A stretch of 64,000 nucleotides of DNA. It comes from Candidatus Cloacimonadales bacterium. Its GTDB lineage: Bacteria; Cloacimonadota; Cloacimonadia; Cloacimonadales; JAIOQZ01. Below are positions 40,677 to 49,131 of this stretch, in pieces; within the stretch, counting starts at the first letter, position 1, and the number at the start of each line of letters is the position of its first letter. The translations under genes and the position numbers were made by a program. The notes under the pieces were generated by a model, which had not been told where the DNA came from, searched no databases, and saw nothing but the letters and a program-made list of their open reading frames with translations. The stretch spans positions 3,232,001 to 3,296,000 of the forward strand of contig OY762463.1 in NCBI GenBank assembly GCA_963665815.1, read 5' to 3'.

Positions 40677-41690
40677 ATGGCTAAAACCCTGCAGTCATAT
40701 GAATTTTTTTCTAAGTTCGACAAACTTAAAGAAAGCAATGTCTATCTTATTTATGGAGTTGATCATTACTCCATAGACAAAATTATTGCCTTATTGATAA
40801 AGCAATATGTGCGGGATGATGCCAGATCATTTGATTTTGACACTCTTTATGGAGATGACACAAAAGCAGAGAATATACTCCAGGTAATGGATATGCTGCC
40901 GTTTATATCTGCCAGACGAGTCGTAATTATAAAAAGCTTCGACAAACTCAGTGCAGCGGACCTCAAGAAAACAGCAGATTATTTTGCTAACCCAGCCCCT
41001 GACACCATTGCAATTCTGACAGCAGAGAAGATAGATAAACGTCAGAAGGTTTTCAAGAACATTGCTGATAAAGGAATTGTTGTAGAGTGTAAGCAACCTT
41101 ACAGTACGGCTAATATTTCGGGCTGGCTGAAAAACGAGTTACGTGTGAAAAATGCCAGAATGGATGCAAGTGCAATCAATGCTTTCTTAAACAGTATAGA
41201 ACTTAACTATCAGGTTGCATCAAATGAACTGGAGAAGATTATACTGCTTTCGGGAGATGCAAAGGTTATCAACAGAGAGACGGTTATTCAGTCATTATCA
41301 GGAACCAGAAACAACACTGTATACGATTTGCAGAAGACACTCGGAATGAGAGACCTGAGAGCATCGCTTAAAATCGCCGATAATCTTGATAACAACGATG
41401 AAAGCTATGTGTTTCTTATCAGCGTTATGACAAATCTGTTTATGACTCTCTGGAAAATGAAAGCCCTGAAAAAGAAAAACATCAGTAATGATGAGATTTC
41501 AAAACGATATATGGAAGAGATTTTCCCTTTCTTCAGAAAAGACTATTTTAACTATGTGAACAAATATAAAATGGATGAACTTGATAATATTTTCAGAATT
41601 CTTCACGATGCTGACAGTGACTTTAAGCTGCAGGATCCTGGAGTTCATTCTGTGATTTTTACCAAAGTAATCTTTGAGATATGCAGATAA
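40677..41690 (+). CDS. holA: DNA polymerase III delta subunit
   Basis: VYLIYG, PFISARRVVIIK, DKRQK, NELEK. Confidence 0.85.
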   Translation: MAKTLQSYEFFSKFDKLKESNVYLIYGVDHYSIDKIIALLIKQYVRDDARSFDFDTLYGDDTKAENILQVMDMLPFISARRVVIIKSFDKLSAADLKKTADYFANPAPDTIAILTAEKIDKRQKVFKNIADKGIVVECKQPYSTANISGWLKNELRVKNARMDASAINAFLNSIELNYQVASNELEKIILLSGDAKVINRETVIQSLSGTRNNTVYDLQKTLGMRDLRASLKIADNLDNNDESYVFLISVMTNLFMTLWKMKALKKKNISNDEISKRYMEEIFPFFRKDYFNYVNKYKMDELDNIFRILHDADSDFKLQDPGVHSVIFTKVIFEICR

Positions 41691-41700
41691 AGGAGCAGTT

Positions 41701-42603
41701 TTGGATATCAGTAATATGGATTTGAGTACTTATAAATGCGGTTTTGTGGCTATTGTCGGAAGACCGAACGTCGGTAAATCTACCCTTATGAATAAGCTGG
41801 TAGGCGAAAAACTCTCTATAATATCTCCTAAACCTCAAACAACCCGAAGAAGCATCAAAGCGTTCATATCTGACGAAGAAAAGCAGATTGTTTTTCTCGA
41901 TACACCCGGTTTTCTGAAACCACGCTATGAACTCCAGACAAAGCTGCTTGAGTATATTGATAACGCCCTTCAGGATGCAGATGTAATTATCTTTATGACG
42001 ATTGGAAAGTCTTTCCCGACTGACTACGATAAAGAGTTTCTGGAGATAATGAAGAAAATCCGGACTCCCAAGATTGGTATTTTCAATAAATCCGATATGA
42101 TTGATGCTGAGAAGAGAGCAGAACTGGATAATCTGGAAGAGGGTAATATTTTCGATGAAGTATACCATATCTCTGCCCTGAATGATGATAATTTTGATGA
42201 GCTGATAAAATCTATTACAAAGTATCTGCCGTTCAGCCCTCCGCTTTACGATCCGGAAGACATCTCTGATATGCCGATGAAATTCTTTGTAGAGGAAATA
42301 ATCAGAGAGAAGATATTCCTGAATTATTCGGATGAGATACCATATTCTTCAACCGTAACTGTGGAGAAGTACAAGGATCACGAGAACAAGGTGGAAATCC
42401 ATGCCAATATCTGGCTGGAGCGGGATACTCAGAAAATGATTCTTCTCGGTAAAAACGGAGCAATGATTAAACAATTGCGCATTGATTCTGAGAAGGAAAT
42501 CCATAAATTTGTGCAGAAACGTGTAAAACTGAATCTCTGGGTCAAAATTAAGAAGGGTTGGCGTAAAAAGAAGAATGCGATGAAAGAGTTCGGGTATAGG
42601 TAG
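41701..42603 (+). CDS. era: GTPase Era
   Basis: GRPNVGKSTL, PQTTR, DTPG, NKSD, EIIREK, KH domain; AAGGAG SD before TTG 41701. Confidence 0.96.
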   Translation: MDISNMDLSTYKCGFVAIVGRPNVGKSTLMNKLVGEKLSIISPKPQTTRRSIKAFISDEEKQIVFLDTPGFLKPRYELQTKLLEYIDNALQDADVIIFMTIGKSFPTDYDKEFLEIMKKIRTPKIGIFNKSDMIDAEKRAELDNLEEGNIFDEVYHISALNDDNFDELIKSITKYLPFSPPLYDPEDISDMPMKFFVEEIIREKIFLNYSDEIPYSSTVTVEKYKDHENKVEIHANIWLERDTQKMILLGKNGAMIKQLRIDSEKEIHKFVQKRVKLNLWVKIKKGWRKKKNAMKEFGYR

Positions 42604-42693
42604 CATTCTGAGTTTCGATGAAATAGAAGATTTCATCAACTTCCCTGAGCGATGAAAGAATTTTATTTACATCTAAAAGCTTTGCATCCTTCG

Positions 42694-42792
42694 GCATTTT
42701 CGTCTTTTTCTCTTGTATAGTAAATTTTTCCGTTAAGAAATCCTGAAGCCTTGGAAGGATTTCAGGGAAGATTTATGGTTTCGACTTGTTGA
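42694..42792. repeat. ~99 bp dispersed repeat, inverted copy of 46426-46523
   Basis: Reverse complement aligns nearly base-for-base, e.g. AAATCCTTCCAAGGCTTCAGGATTTCTTAACGGAAAAATTTACTATACAAGAGAAAA. Confidence 0.9.
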
Positions 42793-42844
42793 GGGACTAT
42801 GCAATTAGCAATTCACCTGGTGTGTTTTGGTATTATTTGCCGCT

Positions 42845-42919
42845 GGTTTCGATTCAGCTCAACCAACTTAAACTACTGATAATGTATGTTTTATAAGTTC
42901 CCTGAGCGGAGTCGAAGGG
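42845..42919. repeat. Inverted pair of REP-like units
   Basis: GGTTTCGATTCAGCTCAACC and CCCTGAGCGGAGTCGAAGGG; partial third copy TTCCCTGAGCG at 42641. Confidence 0.55.
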
Positions 42920-43047
42920 GATATGCTGTGAATAAAAGAAACGACAAAAATTACTTGTTTCAAAGTCTGTCAATCAACTTAACCTGCTGATAAGGACAGA
43001 GTTGTTAGTCCCATAAGTACCGATGACGTCGAAAAAAGGAAAACCCT

Positions 43048-43689
43048 CTACTTCCCTCTGTCTTCTCCGGGCCAGACGTATTTGTGCATCTGCAGCTGCA
43101 TTCTCACATTCAATTGATCGCTTACTATCCTGTCAGCAATTTCCGAAAGAATGAGTTTATCCGTGTTTACTGAGAACAGAATATTACCTGTATTGATAGT
43201 ATTCTCTTTAACAAACTCTTTGGCAAATCTGTAGTCATCAAATGAAGACAGGACAAATTTAATCTCATCATCTGGTGTGATATGTTTGAGATTAACAGGA
43301 TTAAACGAATCCCCACTACCGGAGTCAGGACATTTTACATCGATAATACGGTGCACATATTCAGGAACATCTTCAATGCTGTATGACCCGTTTGTTTCCA
43401 TGAGAATAGTGTAGTCATTTCTGTGAAGTTCCTCAATCAGCAGAAGACATTCGGATTTTTGTAGAAGAGGTTCACCACCTGTGATTTCAACAAGTTTAAC
43501 ATGCTTCCATTTTTTAATCTCAGATATTATTTCTGCCACAGAAAGGCATAATTCAGAGTCAAAAGCATATATGGCATCGCAATAAGAACAACGTAGGTTA
43601 CAGCCGGCAAAGCGGATAAACACACATGGAAATCCGGCAAATGTTGATTCACCTTGTAGGCTGCAGAAAATTTCGGATAGTTTAATCAT
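43048..43689 (-). CDS. queE: 7-carboxy-7-deazaguanine synthase (radical SAM)
   Basis: EIFCSLQGE, GCNLRCSYCD, ITGGEPL, ETNG, QLQMHK. Confidence 0.9.
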   Translation of the reverse strand: MIKLSEIFCSLQGESTFAGFPCVFIRFAGCNLRCSYCDAIYAFDSELCLSVAEIISEIKKWKHVKLVEITGGEPLLQKSECLLLIEELHRNDYTILMETNGSYSIEDVPEYVHRIIDVKCPDSGSGDSFNPVNLKHITPDDEIKFVLSSFDDYRFAKEFVKENTINTGNILFSVNTDKLILSEIADRIVSDQLNVRMQLQMHKYVWPGEDRGK

Positions 43690-44882
43690 GAGAACGGCAG
43701 GTAAGGAAAGTTTTTATTATAGTTAAGATAAGAATTGATTTTAGTGAGAATCTCTTGTGGACATCCAAAGACAAATTTCTTTCGTCCGTTAATGCTGAAG
43801 GTCTCATATTCAGATATATTCACATCGAACTCTTTCAGGAACTCATAGTCTCCGTAAAGAGGTTTTCCGCGATATACAAACAGAGATATCATAGACATAT
43901 CGGCTTGAATTATATTCTCAAACGGATCGTCCATTTTTGCATCAAGCAGTAGGATTTCATCGGTATTTTCTGCCAGTTGACCTTCATTATGATTGAGGTA
44001 CATAGCTTTGGCAGCGTTAGTACTTACCATTTCATAGATCTTTCTGGCTTCCAGTTCCGGCAGATGGTCTCTGGTTTCTTTCATCTCTGCAAAGAGATTT
44101 GGAGAACCGGACATTGTTGAGTCTGTACCAATAACTATATTCACACCATGTTTCAGACAGGCTTCAATGTTAAGAGTCTGATCCAGCAGGAAATAATTAG
44201 AGCCCGGACACCAGCAGATACTTGCTCCGACTGCAGCAACCTTTTTGATTTCCTCTTCAGTAAAGGAAACACAATGAATCAGCAAACTGTTTGGCTGAAG
44301 CAGATCATTATGGCAAAGCACGTTGAACTCATTTCTGGTCTGCTCATCCATACCTTCACCGATATGTATCACAAAAGGCATTTCTCCCTTAGAGGCTTCC
44401 ATTTCCGCATGAGGAGATAGACCTCCCCACCAATTATCCAGAGTGATGGAGTGAACCTGACGGTAATCCTTGAGAACATTGATGGGATAGAGATTGTAAT
44501 ATTCATCTACCTGGTTAGGGCAGTGATCGAAGACCGTAGAGACCCCCGAGAAAACATTCTTGAAAATCCCCAGCTTGACAATAAGCGGAGCATTACCATT
44601 CATCAGCTTGAATGAACCGTCATTAGTCCATACTTTATTTCGCTCGAGGAATGGTGGAGTGTATTTCATGTCTTCCACCCAGATATGGCTGTTAATGTAT
44701 GGTCTTTTATTTGCAGCCCTTGGTACCCAGTTACCGATTAAATGATCGTGAGAATTGAGTAACGGAGGATAAGCAAACGTGTCAGGCAGGATGAAAGAAC
44801 GGTCTGAGGCAGAAGCCATAGTGACTTCCGCCTTCAACACGGTTTCTGGATTGAAAATTGTTTTTCCGGCTGCAATTTTCAT
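43686..44882 (-). CDS. Metal-dependent amidohydrolase family protein
   Basis: NSHDH, IHIGE, LIHC, GTD motifs. Confidence 0.8.
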   Translation of the reverse strand: MKIAAGKTIFNPETVLKAEVTMASASDRSFILPDTFAYPPLLNSHDHLIGNWVPRAANKRPYINSHIWVEDMKYTPPFLERNKVWTNDGSFKLMNGNAPLIVKLGIFKNVFSGVSTVFDHCPNQVDEYYNLYPINVLKDYRQVHSITLDNWWGGLSPHAEMEASKGEMPFVIHIGEGMDEQTRNEFNVLCHNDLLQPNSLLIHCVSFTEEEIKKVAAVGASICWCPGSNYFLLDQTLNIEACLKHGVNIVIGTDSTMSGSPNLFAEMKETRDHLPELEARKIYEMVSTNAAKAMYLNHNEGQLAENTDEILLLDAKMDDPFENIIQADMSMISLFVYRGKPLYGDYEFLKEFDVNISEYETFSINGRKKFVFGCPQEILTKINSYLNYNKNFPYLPFS

Positions 44883-44896
44883 AGCTTTCTCTTTAT

Positions 44897-46072
44897 CTAT
44901 GAATCGAATTTTTTATTCAGTAGTGGGAGGATTTCGAACAAATCTCCAACTATACCGATGTCTGCCATTTTGAAGATAGGAGCATCCGGATCTTTATTTA
45001 TTGCAATTATATAATCGGATGATGACATACCTGCCAGATGCTGAATAGCACCGGAGATTCCGACTGCAATGTATATTTTAGGTTTAATAGTTTTACCGGT
45101 TTGGCCAACTTGATGAGGATAGGAAATCCACTCAGAATCAACTGCTGCTCTGGAAGCCCCTACAGCACCATCAAGGTGTTTTGCAAGTTTATGAAGCATA
45201 TCAAAGTTTTTGGGTTCTTTGAGACCTCTACCACCGGAAACGACGAAATTAGCTTCGGTAATGTTAACTGTCTGGGTTTCGTCCTTTGTATAGCCTTTGT
45301 ATTCTGAATTCAGTTTATCGAACTCGACTTCTTCTACGATGACAGTCCCGGAACGAGTTGTGTCTTTTGCGCATGGAGTCATTACTTTATGACGTACTGT
45401 AGCCATTTGCGGACGGTGGTTAGGTGTTACAATTGTTGCCATAATGTTACCACCGAAGGCTGGTCTTGTCTGAAGAAGATCACCGGATTCAGAATCTATT
45501 TCCAGACCTGTACAATCGGCTGTCAAACCTGTTTCCAAGTTCACAGCTACACGAGGAATGAATGATCTTCCAAGATTTGTAGCACCGCATAAAACGATTT
45601 CTGGTTTGTATTTACTGATTAATGTACTGAATACTTTTGAGTATGGCACATCAAGGAAATCTTTTAATACAGGGTTATTCACAACGATAACTTTATCTGC
45701 TCCGTAAGCGATAAGTTCTTCGGATAAATGTTCAACATTTTCACCGAAAACAACTGCTGTGAGTTCGTTTTCAATCTGATCAGCCAGTTCTCTTCCTTTA
45801 CCAAGCAGTTCAAAAACAACCTGCGCAATTTCATTATTATGCTGTTCAGCGAATACCCATACACCTTTATATGCACTTTTGTCTATAGCTTCTTTTTGTT
45901 GTTTTCTTACGAATATTGCATCGAACGGACAAGCACTGACACAAGCTCCACAAAGTGTACATTTATCTGCATCAATTTCAGCGAGTTTGTCATTAATAGC
46001 AATAGCATCATAAGCACATGCTTTCAAGCAGGCTCCGCATCCAATACATTTTTCGACAATAACTTCAATCAT
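44897..46072 (-). CDS. etfA: Electron transfer flavoprotein alpha subunit with N-terminal 2x[4Fe-4S] ferredoxin domain
   Basis: CIGCGAC..AC, CTLCGAC..CP; GLTADC, RPAFGG, QVGQTG, GISGAIQH. Confidence 0.93.
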   Translation of the reverse strand: MIEVIVEKCIGCGACLKACAYDAIAINDKLAEIDADKCTLCGACVSACPFDAIFVRKQQKEAIDKSAYKGVWVFAEQHNNEIAQVVFELLGKGRELADQIENELTAVVFGENVEHLSEELIAYGADKVIVVNNPVLKDFLDVPYSKVFSTLISKYKPEIVLCGATNLGRSFIPRVAVNLETGLTADCTGLEIDSESGDLLQTRPAFGGNIMATIVTPNHRPQMATVRHKVMTPCAKDTTRSGTVIVEEVEFDKLNSEYKGYTKDETQTVNITEANFVVSGGRGLKEPKNFDMLHKLAKHLDGAVGASRAAVDSEWISYPHQVGQTGKTIKPKIYIAVGISGAIQHLAGMSSSDYIIAINKDPDAPIFKMADIGIVGDLFEILPLLNKKFDS

Positions 46073-46275
46073 TTGAGCTCCTTAAAAGTAATAAATATAA
46101 TTTTCAGCATAATCAAATTTCAAAATTTTTTTTATTCTTAAGTAAATCTTATATGCCTGAGAAGTAGTGTTATATAACGATTTAAGCATATTAGACAGAT
46201 TTTAGATTATGCAAAACTTTTATCTGTTATATAAAATTGAGAATAAATGGTGTGTCAAGTATTTTTGTTTACCTA

Positions 46276-46657
46276 TTGGAATCCCCCCGTTTTTTCTTGA
46301 AAATCTGACTTCAAGAAAATTGGAAGGATTTTTAGCAGACATTTCTTAGAAAAATGCATTCTTCATTTTCTTTGGTGCCAAAGAAAACGAAACAAAAGAA
46401 AGGCACTCTTTTTCTAAATGTATTTTCAGCAAGCTGAAACCATAAATCTTTCCTAAAATCCTTCCAAGGCTTCAGGATTTCTTAACGGAAAAATTTACTA
46501 TACAAGAGAAAAGACGAAAATGCTATCATCAATGCAAAACAATCATACTTAGTTCAAAGCTATTACATTGATTCATATTTTCCACTGATTTACTGTTTCA
46601 AAACTTTTATTTATAATAAGTTATACATACATTGTATTTGGTTTTCGGGGGGATGCC
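46276..46657. mobile_element. ~381 bp non-autonomous element with ATCCCCCCG ends and 16-17 bp target-site duplication
   Basis: Starts TTGGAATCCCCCCG, ends CGGGGGGATGCC; TATTTTTGTTTACCTAT at 46260-46276 and 46658-46674. Confidence 0.82.
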
Positions 46658-46722
46658 TATTTTTGTTTACCTATACTATCAAAACTGAATGAGATTGTGT
46701 GCTTTGGGTAATATCTGACTGC

Positions 46723-48480
46723 CTATTTCAGCAATACAGCTTTGCTCACTGATGTCTTTTTATCAACCTTAAGTTTTATCAGATAGACTCCTGAAGAATT
46801 ACTCTGTGAGCTTTCTCCACTGTCCCATGTAATTTCATGTCTGCCTTTGCTATAGACTTTATCTGTCAGAATAGCAATCTTTTGTCCTTTAATATTAAAC
46901 ACTGTGCATTCCACTTTTGCAGAATTCTGAGCTATATTAAAACTGATATTCAACCTTGGATTGAATGGGTTTGGATACACTGAAAAACCTGCAATATCAT
47001 TATAGTTTGAGTTATCTTCAGAAGAAGCGTTCGGCATAATAATTGAAAGGTTTGTAATGCTGTCCTGATAGACCTCAACATTATTCACAATGTACGGATC
47101 ATAGTCGGGATGCTCTATTCTGAGAGTATACATTCCCGGATCAAGTATTCTGTAGAATCGACCATACAAAGAATCAGATTTGAAAGGTTCAACAGTAGAG
47201 TAACCTGTCTGATCATCAACTTCCTCGACATAAACATCACAAATTAAAGGTTCACCAAGTGAGTTAGTGACTTTACCGTATATTGTACTGTGATTGACTC
47301 TATTCATCATAACAATTGGTGCATATCGATTTGCAATACAGATCGCATCAATTTCTTCAGGTATGTATTCGTCACCGAGCTCAATAGTGTAACCGAAAAT
47401 TCTTTCTTCCGAATAACTCCAGTCACCCATTGTTCCCTGGCATGTATAGTTGAAATTGTTTGCCTGATAATAGCCATAAGTATTAGGGCTGTTCAATTTT
47501 GGAATAGTAACAGCCATATCATGAGCAAGTTGATGCATGTATAGACTGTCGAGTGATCTTGCTCCGTCAATATGTCCAAGGGGATATAGTATGTATTGTG
47601 CGTAAGAGTGGTACGTTATCCCGGCATAGAATTTCCTATGCTGAAGCAAATCTCTGATGTATTGTGTTTCTATTTCAGACCAGGCTTCAGGACCATGGTA
47701 AATGTTAGACCAGGGATAGTTGCTTGTTCCGTTATCCCCCCAAACATAACCAAAGTTCCTGTTCAGATCTACTCCGTCTACATTACCACCATCCGGAGCC
47801 ATATTATCATTATTGTCTCTTATATTCTTTCTGTGAGTCGTACTTGAATCTTCTATAACCATTGTGTATCCGTCAGGATTTATGATAGGAACAAACCAGA
47901 TTTGCTGAGAATTAACAATATTTGTTATTTCCGGATCGGTACCGTAGTTCTCAAGAATATAGCTGAGAGCAGCCATTGTAACCTCAACAGATATCAGCTC
48001 GTTAGAATGGATTCCACCCATGACATAAGCATTGGGTTCTTCCTCTTCCTGAGTAGGATTGTCAGAGACTTTCAAACACCAGACCTCATGTTGATAGTTC
48101 GCATAATTAGTGTTTCCGTTATTAAATAGTATTTTACCTGTGGAAGGTCCGAGAGAAGACAAATCAGTTATAGTCGGATATAGAATGGATAAAGTCTGAA
48201 GTTCCTGAATCACTTCAGTATAAGTTCTGTATAAGCTGGGGTCATTTCTCAGTGTTTTTTCTGTTATAACAGGATTATATCCCAGACCTCTTAAATCCGA
48301 GAGTTGCGATTCATCAATTATTATCTCAACGCAATCCGGTAATTCTTTGAAAGTAATGTTTCTTTCCGCCAGGATACTTAGATCGAACTCATCATAATCA
48401 TTAAGTCTGTAAAAATTGTCTGAAAGCAAAGGGATTGTAAACAGAACAAATACTGATAAGATTGAAAAAAGTCTTCTCAT
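46723..48480 (-). CDS. Secreted M14 zinc carboxypeptidase (carboxypeptidase T-like) with FlgD-Ig/T9SS-like CTD
   Basis: HSNE, NPDG, RKN, GVDLNRN, TYHSY, IELG; YPNPFNP...SSGVY. Confidence 0.88.
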   Translation of the reverse strand: MRRLFSILSVFVLFTIPLLSDNFYRLNDYDEFDLSILAERNITFKELPDCVEIIIDESQLSDLRGLGYNPVITEKTLRNDPSLYRTYTEVIQELQTLSILYPTITDLSSLGPSTGKILFNNGNTNYANYQHEVWCLKVSDNPTQEEEEPNAYVMGGIHSNELISVEVTMAALSYILENYGTDPEITNIVNSQQIWFVPIINPDGYTMVIEDSSTTHRKNIRDNNDNMAPDGGNVDGVDLNRNFGYVWGDNGTSNYPWSNIYHGPEAWSEIETQYIRDLLQHRKFYAGITYHSYAQYILYPLGHIDGARSLDSLYMHQLAHDMAVTIPKLNSPNTYGYYQANNFNYTCQGTMGDWSYSEERIFGYTIELGDEYIPEEIDAICIANRYAPIVMMNRVNHSTIYGKVTNSLGEPLICDVYVEEVDDQTGYSTVEPFKSDSLYGRFYRILDPGMYTLRIEHPDYDPYIVNNVEVYQDSITNLSIIMPNASSEDNSNYNDIAGFSVYPNPFNPRLNISFNIAQNSAKVECTVFNIKGQKIAILTDKVYSKGRHEITWDSGESSQSNSSGVYLIKLKVDKKTSVSKAVLLK

Positions 48481-48553
48481 TTATCCTCCGGAAGAATTAA
48501 TAGTTTTACATTATACACATTGCAAGCATTTTTAGTGAAATAAAGACATTTCA

Positions 48554-48790
48554 TTAACTACTCCGATTATGCGAAGATATCCATTTGTAAAATATTTCGC
48601 ATTTAAAAGCACAAGTTGAATTACAGGAGCTACAGGCAGAAGAACCTTTAATTTCTTCAATCAGCTCTTTTCTTATCAACATCTGTATCATATCAGCTAC
48701 GGCACCTTTGTCAATATTAAAGTGCAGACTCAAATCTTTCAGCGAAACAATTTTGTTCGCTTTTATGTAATCTTTAACTGATCTGATCAT
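48554..48790 (-). CDS. feoC: FeoC-like winged-helix protein
   Basis: SLKDLSLHF..LIRKELI..CSSCNSTC; downstream of feoBA; ATG 48790 preferred. Confidence 0.75.
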   Translation of the reverse strand: MIRSVKDYIKANKIVSLKDLSLHFNIDKGAVADMIQMLIRKELIEEIKGSSACSSCNSTCAFKCEIFYKWISSHNRSS

Positions 48791-48831
48791 TTTCGACACC
48801 GACAAATACTGTTTATATCACAGGAATCAGG

Positions 48832-49131
48832 TTATTCATTCCCTGAACCTATACTTTTTATCATTATATTTTCTGCAAGAAGACGGGACAAGATGAATCG
48901 ACTGTCATTAACTCCGACTACAATGGAATTCTCAGACGGATGATTCTTCAGAACTTTTATTACAGCTCCGTTGTACATTCCCATTTCTATTGTTTTTCTG
49001 TTATTATTGCAGAGAATAATGTATTCTTGTGATTCCTGACCTTCTGTAAGACAGGTATGATCTCTGTGAATATGTCTGCGACATTTTCCATGATTTTTAC
49101 AATGTCTGTGATTCTTTAGCCAACCAAACAT
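48832..49131 (-). CDS. feoA: FeoA with His/Cys-rich N-terminal extension
   Basis: EMGMYNGAVIKV...SRFILSR.LAENI; adjacent to feoB. Confidence 0.75.
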   Translation of the reverse strand: MFGWLKNHRHCKNHGKCRRHIHRDHTCLTEGQESQEYIILCNNNRKTIEMGMYNGAVIKVLKNHPSENSIVVGVNDSRFILSRLLAENIMIKSIGSGNE

